IMG/VR virus record: IMGVR_UViG_3300049044_000094
Direction: 5' to 3' (one strand)
Length of the DNA: 64,000 nt
From: a virus
Taxonomy: Duplodnaviria > Heunggongvirae > Uroviricota > Caudoviricetes
Within the stretch, counting starts at the first letter, position 1; every line of letters begins with the position of its first letter. This document shows, in pieces, positions 38,119-47,503 of the stretch. The notes beneath the pieces are model-generated. The model was not told the origin of the DNA and did not search any database. It saw nothing but the letters and a program-made list of their open reading frames with translations. The position numbers and the translations under genes are program-made.

Positions 38119-39747
38119 ATGGTCGATCAAATCAAGGTGTCGCAGCTCCCGCTGGCGACACCCGCGGAAATAGCCGCGGCCGGCGATTCTATCATCACCG
38201 TTGGTGGGGTCTCCAAGCGCTGGTCGCCCTATCTCTTCGCAAGTCGCAAGACAGCCGACCTCCAAGCCTCGACGCAAATCCTGGGCACCGAGGTAATCCC
38301 GTCGCTGATCGAGAGTAGCGGTCTCGAGCAGAAGATTGCTCTCAACGAGATCCATCGCAAGTTCACCGGCATCATCAATCCCAAGATGCCACCCTACAAC
38401 TGCAAGGGCGACCTTCGCGAAACCAAGCTCGCCTCCTGCACCTCCGGCTCGAACATCATCACCTGTTCAGAGGCCATGTTCAGCGCGGATGACGTTGGGA
38501 AGCTCTGTTATCTCTCGAATGCGGGGCCGAGCTTCGCCATCCTTGAGACGACGATCATACAATATGACTCTGCGACGCAGGTTCGCATCGCGACCAATGC
38601 GAGCGTCAGCAAGCCCGACAATCAAATGTTCTGGGGGACCGACGATACCGCCGGGATGGCGGCCGCCATCGAGGCGACGCGGGCGCCGGGCAAATGGACG
38701 TACGGTGGCGCGGTTTTGCTCCCACCTGGTCGTTACCTGGTCGGCCCGCAGGTCTATCTCGCCAAGGCGGCGATCATTGGACATGGCCGGCGTCAGAGCC
38801 TTCTGTGTCGAAAGCCGACCAGCGCGACGACCTCGCTACTCCGCAACGAGAACAACCAGGTCGATTTTCCGATCCTGCACGGCTTCGGGCTGTACGGCAT
38901 GCAGTACGTCCAGCGGCCGAGCTTTGGCTCGCGCGGGCTCGAGTTCATCTCAGTGCTGCCCGGGTCCGCTCAGGACACCCTGCCGCAGGTCGATCCGTAT
39001 CCATTCTTCAAGGATCTCGCGATCTTCGGTTGCGCGTGGGATGGCCTGTATACCTACTATCGCAACTCCGGTGACCTCGTCTCGATCGACCTCTACGAGA
39101 ACTGGGGGAACGGGTGGCTGAGCAACAGCTACGACATCAACGTCATGAACATGTTGGCGATCGCGAATCGATCGGCCGGCGTGAACCTCGACAGCAACGG
39201 CTCCGCCAACTGCAACATCAATAACCTGAAGGCGAGCTACAACGGCGCAGGCCCCGGCTCCGACACCCAGGAAGAGGCCTGCAACCTGCTTGTGGCCGGG
39301 TTCGGCCACAACATCACCAACGCCCGGTTGCAAGAGAGCTTCGGCTCTAACCTCGTCATCAAGGGCGGCTGGAACAAGTTCGGCGATGTTAGCGCCGACG
39401 ATACGGCGTGCATCAAGCCCGCCCACAGCTCCGGTCCAAGTTACTCGACCACCCTTCAGCAGATTCGCGCTGCCGTGCTTTTCAAAGGCGGATCCGCGGT
39501 GGGCAACCTGCTGAATGACTTCGCCGTCGGCAAATCTGTCCATGGCAGCGATTACCTCTGCCAAGGAGTGTTCATGTCCGGCGATGCCAGCGGCAACAAG
39601 GGCCGGGTCTGGTTCCGACCCGGGATCACTTTCGGCGGATACCTGCCCGGCTCGGGGGCCTATCTCCCGGGCCAAGCTGGTACTGATAGCTCTGGCGGAT
39701 GGGGCTCGACCAACAAAATCCAGTTCGACGGAGTGAACTACCCGTGA
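38119..39747 (+). CDS. tailspike / depolymerase, pectate-lyase-like beta-helix
   Basis: GTDDTAGMAAAIEATRA..GGAVLLPPGRYLV matches the Pectate_lyase_3 N-terminal signature; Asn/Gly-rich repeats. Confidence 0.5.
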   Translation: MVDQIKVSQLPLATPAEIAAAGDSIITVGGVSKRWSPYLFASRKTADLQASTQILGTEVIPSLIESSGLEQKIALNEIHRKFTGIINPKMPPYNCKGDLRETKLASCTSGSNIITCSEAMFSADDVGKLCYLSNAGPSFAILETTIIQYDSATQVRIATNASVSKPDNQMFWGTDDTAGMAAAIEATRAPGKWTYGGAVLLPPGRYLVGPQVYLAKAAIIGHGRRQSLLCRKPTSATTSLLRNENNQVDFPILHGFGLYGMQYVQRPSFGSRGLEFISVLPGSAQDTLPQVDPYPFFKDLAIFGCAWDGLYTYYRNSGDLVSIDLYENWGNGWLSNSYDINVMNMLAIANRSAGVNLDSNGSANCNINNLKASYNGAGPGSDTQEEACNLLVAGFGHNITNARLQESFGSNLVIKGGWNKFGDVSADDTACIKPAHSSGPSYSTTLQQIRAAVLFKGGSAVGNLLNDFAVGKSVHGSDYLCQGVFMSGDASGNKGRVWFRPGITFGGYLPGSGAYLPGQAGTDSSGGWGSTNKIQFDGVNYP

Positions 39748-39989
39748 TCCACGCTCACGCTCACCATCCAGATATCACCGTCCTGCTCAGCCATGCCCAG
39801 GTGCCGCTCGATGCCGCTGCTCGGGTCCGGTTCACCTACGACGAGTTCAAGCGGCAGGTAGCGGAGGCGGACGGGCGCCTGAACGAAGAAGAGGCTGATG
39901 CTCTCCGAGGCCGCTTGGCGACACTTCGAGTGGAGATGCTGGAACTGATCGAGGCCTTTGCCGACGAGTTGGCTAACGACCCTGATTAA
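39699..39989 (+). CDS. hypothetical protein
   Basis: 96-aa ORF overlapping tailspike end. Confidence 0.3.
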   Translation: MGLDQQNPVRRSELPVIHAHAHHPDITVLLSHAQVPLDAAARVRFTYDEFKRQVAEADGRLNEEEADALRGRLATLRVEMLELIEAFADELANDPD

Positions 39990-40052
39990 CCCCGATTGCG
40001 ACTTAACCTGTCTTGCAAAATCGTTTCCTTCCAATCATGAAGACTGCGGGCA

Positions 40053-41387
40053 ATGGGGGCAGTTCAGGTCATGTTGGAGTCGTGTTCTAACGGCAATGCG
40101 GTGCATCGTCGTCAATTTGTAATCACACCGAGGGCTGACGGCCCTGCAGGATGGCCAGCAGTTCAACTGCCGGACGGGTTTCTCCTTTTCCATCATCCCG
40201 AAGCTTTCGTCACCAAGGAAGACGACGGGTACACCGTAGGGGTCAGGCTGCCCGGCGATGGCGGCCGGTTCGCACGTCTAGAGTGGCCGTACCTCCACAT
40301 TGACGTCGGTGGCATGCTTGGGGTGTTCTTCGACCCGAACCGGATGGAGGCTTCGAGCAGCGCGGCTCTTTTATACGACAATCGTACGGACCCCGTCGTT
40401 CCGCTCCTCCCTCGGAACAGCATCAACTGGTTCCCTAGCGGGCCGGTGCCACGGCTTCGACGTCTGCTGCGCGATCAGCGGCTGCACCTGCCGACGATGT
40501 CGGTAGAGGCGATAGACCGAGTGATCTCACCCCTTGGATCATTCGAAGCTGCCCAACAGGCGCTGGCTGACTCTTTGATTCAGGCAGTGCGCGCTCTCCC
40601 ACCAAGCAGTCGCGTGTTCCTGGCCCTCACAGCCGGCAAGGATTCGCGGAGCCTGGCTGCCGCCCTGATCGCCGCCGGCGTCCCGTTCGAAACCTATACG
40701 CAGACGTACCCAACCATTAAGCCGGCGGACATCTCGATCTCTCAGGAGATCTCGCAGCACCTCGGCGTGCGTCATCATGTGATCTCGCCGAGCGGACATA
40801 GTGAGGAGGTGCTGAGCGCTTGGGAGCACCACACCTGTCGGGCCATCCACGACGCCGACAACGCCTTCTTCCCCGCGGATCAATATGGCTTCGCCCGAGC
40901 CGGTGACCTCATGCTCCGCGGTGGCTGCTTCGAGGTTGGCCGCCGCTTTTACGATTGGGCGCTCCACGGGATGAACTTCGAAAACGCGACCGGTGAGCGA
41001 ATCGCTGAGCGGTTCCAGTCCACACCCGATAAGGCTGTCCCGCTCAATGACTGGCTCGCCTGGCGCCGCGCCCACCACACCGGGTTGGACCTTCTGGACG
41101 CTTTCTACCTGGATCAGCGAGTCGGCGGCTGGATGTCCGCCATCGAGCAGGGGCTGGATATGCTGCCGGCGGTTTCCCTTCATCCGGTCAACAACCTCAT
41201 GTCGTATCGTGCTCTGATCACGCCGACGATCGCCGATCGAGCCAGCGGCCGACTCCAGGTCGAGACGATCAGGAAGCTGGCACCCAGCCTCTTGAACTGG
41301 CCCTTCAATCCAGAGCCACCGACTCGGCGGACCTTCCGCTCGGTGCTGGGCGGGGCTAAGCGGCGCCTGCTGGCGCGGGTCAGGTGA
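40053..41387 (+). CDS. asparagine synthetase-like PP-loop ATPase
   Basis: PP-loop LALTAGKDSRSLAAAL (SGGxDS-type). Confidence 0.5.
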   Translation: MGAVQVMLESCSNGNAVHRRQFVITPRADGPAGWPAVQLPDGFLLFHHPEAFVTKEDDGYTVGVRLPGDGGRFARLEWPYLHIDVGGMLGVFFDPNRMEASSSAALLYDNRTDPVVPLLPRNSINWFPSGPVPRLRRLLRDQRLHLPTMSVEAIDRVISPLGSFEAAQQALADSLIQAVRALPPSSRVFLALTAGKDSRSLAAALIAAGVPFETYTQTYPTIKPADISISQEISQHLGVRHHVISPSGHSEEVLSAWEHHTCRAIHDADNAFFPADQYGFARAGDLMLRGGCFEVGRRFYDWALHGMNFENATGERIAERFQSTPDKAVPLNDWLAWRRAHHTGLDLLDAFYLDQRVGGWMSAIEQGLDMLPAVSLHPVNNLMSYRALITPTIADRASGRLQVETIRKLAPSLLNWPFNPEPPTRRTFRSVLGGAKRRLLARVR

Positions 41388-41660
41388 CGCTCATTTCGCT
41401 GCGGGGCAAATCATGAACACCGACCTCTCAATTGGTTCGCAGGCGCTGCGCTAACCTATTGAGAATTATGAGCCCGTATATATCCCCAGAAATGCGAACA
41501 ACCGCGGAAATCCGCCATTTCTGGCGGATTTTAAGTCCGCTGCGTCTACCGGTTTCGCCACGTCCGCAGTCGCAGAAATCCGCCATTTTTTGAGAGGCGG
41601 TCCTGCGAGTTCGCACTTTTGATCCGAGGAGTTCGCACTTTCTCCTTTCGTTCTGTCAGG
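41388..41660. promoter_or_regulatory. attP-like region with integrase arm-type repeats
   Basis: 4 copies of GTTCGCA/TGCGAAC, 3 copies of AAATCCGCCA (two as perfect inverted repeat), hairpin 41433-41456; adjacent to int. Confidence 0.45.
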
Positions 41661-42701
41661 TCAATACCGCTCCTCAATCACCCTCGCAGCCTGCTGGCTG
41701 TTACGGCGTTTCGTCGCATATTGCATGCCCATTTGGTAGCTGCGGTGGCCGACGAGTGCTACGATGACGCCCATCGGCTGACCTGATTCCTCGAGTCGCG
41801 CGGCTGCGGCATAGCGCAGGCCGTGGGAGGAGAGTTCGTTGCTCAGGCCGATCCGGATCACCTCCCGTTTGAGAGCCTTCATCCATGAGGTCTCATTAGA
41901 ATAGGACCGGCCATTCTCCTGGACGAGGAGGGTTGGGGCATCGGGGAACGGGCGCGCATCAAGAGCCTCCCGTAGCTGACGAGGGGTCGCGATCGGGAGC
42001 AGTTCGTTGGTCTTCTGCTGGCGGCATTCAACCTCGCCGCCGAGATACCTTTCCCGCTCCATCCGGATGACATCACCGGCGCGTTGACCGGTGTAGAGAT
42101 GGAGGATCAGCCCGAGCCGGACATGCGGTTTGAACTCGGCGATCGCCTTGGCGATCTCAGGCTCGCTCCACGGCTTGTAGCCCTTGCCGGGGAGCTTCAG
42201 CTTCTTGATGCCCTTGGCCTGATTCTCCTTGAGGAGCTGCCGGTTGATGCCCCAGTTCGACAGGATCGAGATCACCTGGACGGCATAGTTCGCCTTGCGG
42301 ATGTTGCCTTCCGACAGCGTGTCGCGAATCTTGAGCACCGCCGCCCGCGTCAGTTTGGCCAGCGGGAGGTCACCGGCTTTCTGTTCCAGGTGGTCCATTA
42401 CGCCATCGTAATCCCTCCGGGATCGCGCAGCGAGCTGCCGGTATTCGGGGGAGGCCCGGTATTCGCGAACGAACCAGGAGAGGCTGTGCAGGGCTGGCCC
42501 GGTACGGCTCGGTCGTCCCTCCAGTCGCTGGATCTCCGCGAGGAAGTCGCTGTATTGCCGATGAAATTCAGGCTCCCCCGGATTTCCCGGGAGAGCCCTG
42601 TCGCCAGTTAGACGGTGTCGGAAGCGCCAATAGCGCCCCTTGGCTTGATAGGTGAACTTAGGTCGCTGCGCCGAAGCGGGCGAGGAATGGATCTTCTTCA
42701 T
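41661..42701 (-). CDS. int: tyrosine integrase
   Basis: C-terminal catalytic region HGLRYAAAARL..LVGHRSYQMGMQYA (R..H..R..Y). Confidence 0.85.
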   Translation of the reverse strand: MKKIHSSPASAQRPKFTYQAKGRYWRFRHRLTGDRALPGNPGEPEFHRQYSDFLAEIQRLEGRPSRTGPALHSLSWFVREYRASPEYRQLAARSRRDYDGVMDHLEQKAGDLPLAKLTRAAVLKIRDTLSEGNIRKANYAVQVISILSNWGINRQLLKENQAKGIKKLKLPGKGYKPWSEPEIAKAIAEFKPHVRLGLILHLYTGQRAGDVIRMERERYLGGEVECRQQKTNELLPIATPRQLREALDARPFPDAPTLLVQENGRSYSNETSWMKALKREVIRIGLSNELSSHGLRYAAAARLEESGQPMGVIVALVGHRSYQMGMQYATKRRNSQQAARVIEERY

Positions 42702-42909
42702 TGCTTTCCGATTGAATTCCGAACTGTCGGTCTATCATGCGGTCGAGGTCGTCTTTCAGCCAGAACACCATCCCACCCTCGCGCTGGCCAGGAGGGTAGG
42801 AACCCTCCTGGACCTTGCGACGAAACGTGGCCTCGGAGACGCCCACATAGAAGGCGGCGAGCGCCTCGCGTAGCCGTCTAGGAACGAAGGCCGGTGCTGC
42901 CGAAGCCAT
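42658..42909 (-). CDS. xis: excisionase / AlpA-like HTH protein
   Basis: [42 protein letters not shown] matches AlpA/Xis HTH. Confidence 0.6.
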   Translation of the reverse strand: MASAAPAFVPRRLREALAAFYVGVSEATFRRKVQEGSYPPGQREGGMVFWLKDDLDRMIDRQFGIQSESNEEDPFLARFGAAT

Positions 42910-43318
42910 TCTCGCCTCTTGCTGTGTTGCTCAGCTCAGACACCTCCACCGGCTCCGCCTTGGTCACCGGTGCCAGCACGAGCTGGGCAATTCGGTCGCC
43001 CCGGCTGACGGTGGCGGCCGTGGCTCCGGTGTTGAGGAGGATCACGCCGATCTCACCGCGATAGTCCTCATCGATGGTGCCGGGTGTGTTGATGATGGTG
43101 ATGCCCTGCTTGAGCGCCAGACCAGAACGGGGGCGGACCTGAAGCTCGTGCCCGGCGGGCACTTCGACGGCAAAACCGGTCCTCATGAGGTGCCGGCCGC
43201 CGGCGATGATGCGGGCGTCGTCTGCCGCCACCACATCCATGCCAGCGGCGCCGGGGGTGGCGTAAGCGGGGAGGGGCAGACCCTCACCGTGTGGCAGTCG
43301 CTTGAGCTTCAGTTCCAT
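42878..43318 (-). CDS. dut: dUTP diphosphatase
   Basis: Dut motifs [30 protein letters not shown]. Confidence 0.85.
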   Translation of the reverse strand: MELKLKRLPHGEGLPLPAYATPGAAGMDVVAADDARIIAGGRHLMRTGFAVEVPAGHELQVRPRSGLALKQGITIINTPGTIDEDYRGEIGVILLNTGATAATVSRGDRIAQLVLAPVTKAEPVEVSELSNTARGENGFGSTGLRS

Positions 43319-43583
43319 GGTGTCCTTCCAGCCAGTTGAGCCCCCGCTGGAGACCAGCCTTGAGCTGGCCGGGCGAGCGGATGATGATGTTGAGAGTGGG
43401 GTTGAAGCCGGGCGAGGAATGATCGCTCACGCGAATCACGTCGTTGGCCCGGTTGTTGAGATAGACATAGCGGGACTTGCTGAACCGCACGCGGCTGCAC
43501 CGCAAGCTCGCCGCCAGTCCGAGCCGCCACGCCCGGTCAAGAAGACCGAGCGCGACGTCGGTGAGGGAGCGAGGCTCCCTCAC
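43284..43583 (-). CDS. hypothetical protein
   Basis: 99-aa ORF, start uncertain. Confidence 0.25.
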   Translation of the reverse strand: MREPRSLTDVALGLLDRAWRLGLAASLRCSRVRFSKSRYVYLNNRANDVIRVSDHSSPGFNPTLNIIIRSPGQLKAGLQRGLNWLEGHHGTEAQATATR

Positions 43584-44354
43584 TCAGCGGACATTGACGA
43601 AGGGGAGAGCCGCGCCGCCGTACATATTCTGCGGCAACTGGCCATCCCACTTCTGAACGGCCTCCCATTCGACCAGCTTTGGATTTGCCGAAAGCGCGTC
43701 CGAGCGGAGCTTGATCGACTTGGCTTCAGCCTCGGCCTGGATGACCTGCTGTTTGCCCTTTTCCTCGATCTGCTTCGTGCGGTTCTGCTCGGCGATCGCC
43801 GTCTGGACCGCGACCTCCTTGTCCTCGACCGCTTGCTCGAAGGCATCGGTGTAGTCGATGTTGGTGATCTCGAAGCCGTCGAGGATGATCGCCTTCGACA
43901 GGAGCTTCGGCGCGATCGCATTGGCGACGTTGGCCTGCACGACCCCACGATTGGCGATGACGTTGACCGCGTTCCAGCGACCGAACTCGTTCTTGATCGA
44001 CTGCGTGATCACCTGCGGCAGCAACCGATCAGCCCAGTCCATGCCGACCTTCTGGTACATGACGTGGGCCCGGTTGGGGTTCAGGTGATAGGTCACCGTG
44101 AACTTGACCTGCCCCTGCTGGATGTCGCGGGTATAGACCGGCGTCTCGGCCGCCCACTTGATCACCTGGGTGTTCATCTCCTCGATCGAGGTGGTGAGCG
44201 GGTTGTACCAATAGAACCCCGGCGGCAGGCTCTTCTGTTCGACGGCGCCGTACCGCGAGCGGACCCCGGCGTTGCCGTTGTCGACGACCTCGGCGCAGCC
44301 GGCGGTGAGGGAAAGGGCGAAGGCGGCAGTGATGAGGGCGAGCAACTTCTTCAC
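43584..44354 (-). CDS. SPFH/band-7 (HflK/C-like) domain lipoprotein
   Basis: signal + lipobox LTAGCA; SPFH core plus coiled coil. Confidence 0.7.
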   Translation of the reverse strand: MKKLLALITAAFALSLTAGCAEVVDNGNAGVRSRYGAVEQKSLPPGFYWYNPLTTSIEEMNTQVIKWAAETPVYTRDIQQGQVKFTVTYHLNPNRAHVMYQKVGMDWADRLLPQVITQSIKNEFGRWNAVNVIANRGVVQANVANAIAPKLLSKAIILDGFEITNIDYTDAFEQAVEDKEVAVQTAIAEQNRTKQIEEKGKQQVIQAEAEAKSIKLRSDALSANPKLVEWEAVQKWDGQLPQNMYGGAALPFVNVR

Positions 44355-44573
44355 TCAGAAAACTCCTGTCCAAATTTTTGAGAGGTGACGGCGGCCGGCC
44401 TTGGAGAGCAGGTAGATCGGCCAAAGCCAGGCCGAGAAAATGCGCCAGCCGATGCGCTTCTCCTGATCATCGGCAATGTCGCGGTTGAAGAGAACGTCGG
44501 AGAGGATCACGAGGCTGAGCCCAAGGGCGATGATCACCCACGGGCCGGCGACGTAGCGCGCGAAGAAAATCAC
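44355..44573 (-). CDS. small two-TM membrane protein (NfeD/YqiJ-like SPFH partner)
   Basis: 72 aa, two hydrophobic helices; overlaps SPFH start. Confidence 0.45.
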   Translation of the reverse strand: MIFFARYVAGPWVIIALGLSLVILSDVLFNRDIADDQEKRIGWRIFSAWLWPIYLLSKAGRRHLSKIWTGVF

Positions 44574-44806
44574 GATTCCAGCGCTGTCTCATAGGTATGC
44601 AGGATTGCATCCTGCTCCTCGCGTTGAGCACGCTCGATCGCACGGCGTCGGACCACAGCCTTCATGGTCTTGGGGTCGAAGCCTTGTGATTTGGCTTCCA
44701 GATAGACATCCTTGATGTCGTCAGAGATGCCCTTCTTCTCCTCCTCGAGCCGCTCAATGCGCTCGATGAAAAGGCGGAGCTGGTCGGTGGCGATGTTATC
44801 GGACAT
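44570..44806 (-). CDS. gapR: GapR-like nucleoid-associated protein (DUF2312)
   Basis: [36 protein letters not shown] is the hallmark DUF2312/GapR sequence. Confidence 0.75.
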   Translation of the reverse strand: MSDNIATDQLRLFIERIERLEEEKKGISDDIKDVYLEAKSQGFDPKTMKAVVRRRAIERAQREEQDAILHTYETALES

Positions 44807-44927
44807 GGATAAGCTCCTGATGTCGGTGGGGGCGAAACTCGCAGCTCGGGACGAGCAACGCGGCGGCCAAGACGAGCGAGATCAGCGAGATCTCGACGGC
44901 GGGGCGCCAGTGGCGGAGGATTCCCAT
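44796..44927 (-). CDS. small hydrophobic peptide (43 aa)
   Basis: AGGAG RBS 5 nt before ATG 44927; one TM helix; not in ORF track (<60 aa). Confidence 0.3.
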   Translation of the reverse strand: MGILRHWRPAVEISLISLVLAAALLVPSCEFRPHRHQELIHVR

Positions 44928-44988
44928 GAGTGCTCCTGGCTGTTGCGGGAGCGCTCTCTTTCTACACGCGGGAGTCGGCCTTCAAACT

Positions 44989-45966
44989 CTACGCATCATA
45001 TGACCAGGTCATTCGGTCTTTTATGAAGTCCCGAACTTCCGGATCGACGTCGGCTAGGGCCTCCGTCATCACCTTGTCCCAGTCGAATGCGTTGAGATTG
45101 ACCTGCTCCGCCTCGGTGGCTTCGGCCTGGGCGCGGATCGACGTCATCGCCATGCAGTCGATGTCGGTCGGCAGCTCTTCGCCCTCGGCCAGGACTACGC
45201 GGACGCATTTGTCGGTCCAGGCCTCGGGTGTCTCGAGCACCTCGGCGAGCGACCGGGTGACGTAGATCAGCTCGTTCGGATCCTCGCCGTGGCTGTAGGG
45301 CTCGAGGGAGCCGGTGCAGTGGACGCCACCGACCTCGCCCTCGATATGGTAGTGGCCGGAATAGATGTCCGTGATGCCGAGCGCGTTCAGCTCGGCAACC
45401 GGGGCGAGGTGGCTGTCGTCGCCGCCGTAGCTCTGGAGATCCCAGTGGCCGATGGCCACCTTTATCTGCTCGTCCTCGCCCCAGCCGTCTTTGTTGAAGA
45501 TGTGAGCAGCGGGGATCTGATCAACAGCACTGATACCCCACTGCCAAGGGAACAGGGCCACATCCCCGACCCAACAGGGCTCGCGAGCGACCCGGAGGTT
45601 CTCGAGCCGGCCATTCACCATCTGCTCGAACGCATCCCAGGCGCCGACCACGCCCAGGTTGCGGGGGAGGTCGTGGTTGCCCGCCATGTCGATGAAGGTT
45701 GTATATGGATGGGCCCGAGCCGCGGCGAGGACGGCCTCGGCCGCCTCGACCACGACCCCGAACCCGACGTAGGGATGATCAAAAAGATCGCCGACCATGA
45801 TGTTGTAGTCGACGCCGGGGGTGTTCAGCTCGGCGACGAACTTGGCGAATTGGCGCTTTTCGCGCTCGCCGCGGCGGTGGAGGGGAACCCCTGTCTCGAA
45901 CTTGCGTCCGAGATGGGGGTCCCCGATCAGCCAGGCCGTTTTGCCTGAGGGGAGGGTAATCAACAC
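44989..45966 (-). CDS. SbcD/Mre11-like metallophosphoesterase nuclease
   Basis: motifs GDPHLG, VGDLFD, AGNHD, GHWD, SGHYH; GTG start. Confidence 0.7.
   Translation of the reverse strand: MLITLPSGKTAWLIGDPHLGRKFETGVPLHRRGEREKRQFAKFVAELNTPGVDYNIMVGDLFDHPYVGFGVVVEAAEAVLAAARAHPYTTFIDMAGNHDLPRNLGVVGAWDAFEQMVNGRLENLRVAREPCWVGDVALFPWQWGISAVDQIPAAHIFNKDGWGEDEQIKVAIGHWDLQSYGGDDSHLAPVAELNALGITDIYSGHYHIEGEVGGVHCTGSLEPYSHGEDPNELIYVTRSLAEVLETPEAWTDKCVRVVLAEGEELPTDIDCMAMTSIRAQAEATEAEQVNLNAFDWDKVMTEALADVDPEVRDFIKDRMTWSYDA
44999..45011. promoter_or_regulatory. palindrome motif site 4 ATGACCAGGTCAT (perfect), encodes C-terminal codons of SbcD-like gene
   Basis: family member. Confidence 0.55.
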
Positions 45967-46111
45967 GGCTTGACTTTCTGTTTCAGATCGTTGGCAAGCA
46001 TCTTCAAGAAGAACTCATCCCGTCCGAATGGTGCATAGTGGGATGATCGACTGACTAGATATGCTGCACAGGCCTCGACGCCTTTTTGAAAGGCGGCAAG
46101 CTCGGCATTGC

Positions 46112-46324
46112 TCATGCCCCCTCAATCCTCTCGGCAATCTCCTGCTGCAACTCGGCAGCGAACAGCGGCTGTTGGACACCCTCAAGCATCAGGAGCGAAT
46201 TGGCACCTGCCACCACGCCTTCGGGCAGGTGCATGATGACGAGAACGCTGTCGGCCTTCACCAGTGCGGGGAATTCGGCACCGGTGCCGTTCTCATCAAG
46301 AGCCGTGACTGCGAAATAGCTCAC
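46112..46324 (-). CDS. hypothetical protein
   Basis: 70-aa ORF packed between exonuclease and SbcD-like genes. Confidence 0.3.
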   Translation of the reverse strand: MSYFAVTALDENGTGAEFPALVKADSVLVIMHLPEGVVAGANSLLMLEGVQQPLFAAELQQEIAERIEGA

Positions 46325-46908
46325 GCCGCCACCTCCGTGAATTCGGCATATTCCAGGCCGTCCTCGGCGACACGCCCGAAGTCGCCGGCCTTGGCGGCGA
46401 AGAGCATTTTGAGCTGGTGGACGCTGTCAGCGAGGGCGTTGTGCGCCGTGCCCTCCATCTCGATGTGCGACATGTCGACATGCTCTACCCCGCCGCAACG
46501 GGCGGCGATGTAGGTGTTCAGGTCGCGGGTATTCCAATGCTGGAATGGCATCGGCAGACCGAGTTGCGTGTAGTGGCTCTCGACGATAGGCCAGTCGAAA
46601 CGGGTCGGCTTTGCCCAGAAGCGAAGCGGAGGACTCCCACAAACGAACGCGGTGAAGTCGCTGAAGACGATGGCCGGATCTTCTGCCCGCATGACGAACG
46701 AATGATAGAGTTGGGCGTTCTCAACCTGCCAGAAGCGGCGGGTGCCCTCCTCCCAATAACGGTTTGGAAGCAGCGCGGGGCAGCGATCGAAGAATGGCCC
46801 TATCTCGCCTGTTTCGAAATTAAACTTGATCGCCGCGAGTTGGAGGATGCCGTTTGAGTCAGGTGAGTACAGACCAGTTGTCTCAGTATCCACCATGAGG
46901 TCTGTCAT
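46321..46908 (-). CDS. DEDDh 3'-5' exonuclease (DnaQ-like)
   Basis: Exo I DTETTG, Exo III HNALADS; start MTDLMVDTETTG at 46908. Confidence 0.65.
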   Translation of the reverse strand: MTDLMVDTETTGLYSPDSNGILQLAAIKFNFETGEIGPFFDRCPALLPNRYWEEGTRRFWQVENAQLYHSFVMRAEDPAIVFSDFTAFVCGSPPLRFWAKPTRFDWPIVESHYTQLGLPMPFQHWNTRDLNTYIAARCGGVEHVDMSHIEMEGTAHNALADSVHQLKMLFAAKAGDFGRVAEDGLEYAEFTEVAA

Positions 46909-47405
46909 GTTGTCCACGGGGTAAGCTCCTCGAAAAGAATGGATTTGGCGCCTCGCGCTATGGCCTCGGCGAACTGTCGTGCTTCCATCACGAACCATTC
47001 GCCGAGACCAAACGAGAAAATATAGAAGCGATAGGGTCCGCCGGCGGCGGCCTGCCGCAAGGCGGCCGAACGCTGGCCGTCCTTGATGTTTTTGAAGGGG
47101 AAGCGGCGATCGCACTGCACCGACTTGACCTCGGCATAGTGGATCGCCCCGTCCTGGGTGACGAGAAAATCCGACGGCTTGGGGTAGTCAGTCACAGTGC
47201 GGCCGCGGTTGAGACCCCGCAGATCTGCTTGGTCCCAGAACCGCTCGATCACCACCCCCGGCCGCTTCATGCGGGCGAGGAAGGCGCCTTCGGCGTCTTT
47301 GCCGTCGTTCCTCATCCAGTGTGCTTGTCCCAGTCGTGGGAGATCATCTGTGCGGACCACCAGACGAGGAAGGCACCGGCAATCAGTCTGAAGATTGGGT
47401 GCCAA
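46905..47405 (-). CDS. PD-(D/E)xK-like nuclease (putative)
   Basis: DFLVTQDGAIHYAEVKS fits D..E.K core; start may be 47315. Confidence 0.35.
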   Translation of the reverse strand: MAPNLQTDCRCLPRLVVRTDDLPRLGQAHWMRNDGKDAEGAFLARMKRPGVVIERFWDQADLRGLNRGRTVTDYPKPSDFLVTQDGAIHYAEVKSVQCDRRFPFKNIKDGQRSAALRQAAAGGPYRFYIFSFGLGEWFVMEARQFAEAIARGAKSILFEELTPWTT

Positions 47406-47503
47406 GCCATAGGATTTGCCTGAAGCAAAGCGAAAGCTGGGAGGCTCCAGGCTGTGAGCGCACCAATGAGAAACACGATGACGATAGCGACGAACTTTTC
47501 CAT
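47312..47503 (-). CDS. small two-TM membrane protein
   Basis: 63 aa hydrophobic. Confidence 0.3.
   Translation of the reverse strand: MEKFVAIVIVFLIGALTAWSLPAFALLQANPMAWHPIFRLIAGAFLVWWSAQMISHDWDKHTG

Noticed and set aside
41388-41660. tRNA gene at the integration locus
   Set aside because: Found a GGTTCGCAGGCGCTGCGCTAACC hairpin but no acceptor/T-arm/CCA cloverleaf on either strand; treated as attP arm repeats instead.
43302-44381. 359-aa + strand ORF (and similar long ORFs 7457-9775 minus, 45289-45948, 48433-49029, 52456-53958, 58023-58859)
   Set aside because: These lie antisense to strongly supported genes (SPFH, capsid/TMP, SbcD, polymerase, helicase, RNR), have low-complexity Arg/Ala/Gly-rich translations, and are typical high-GC shadow ORFs.
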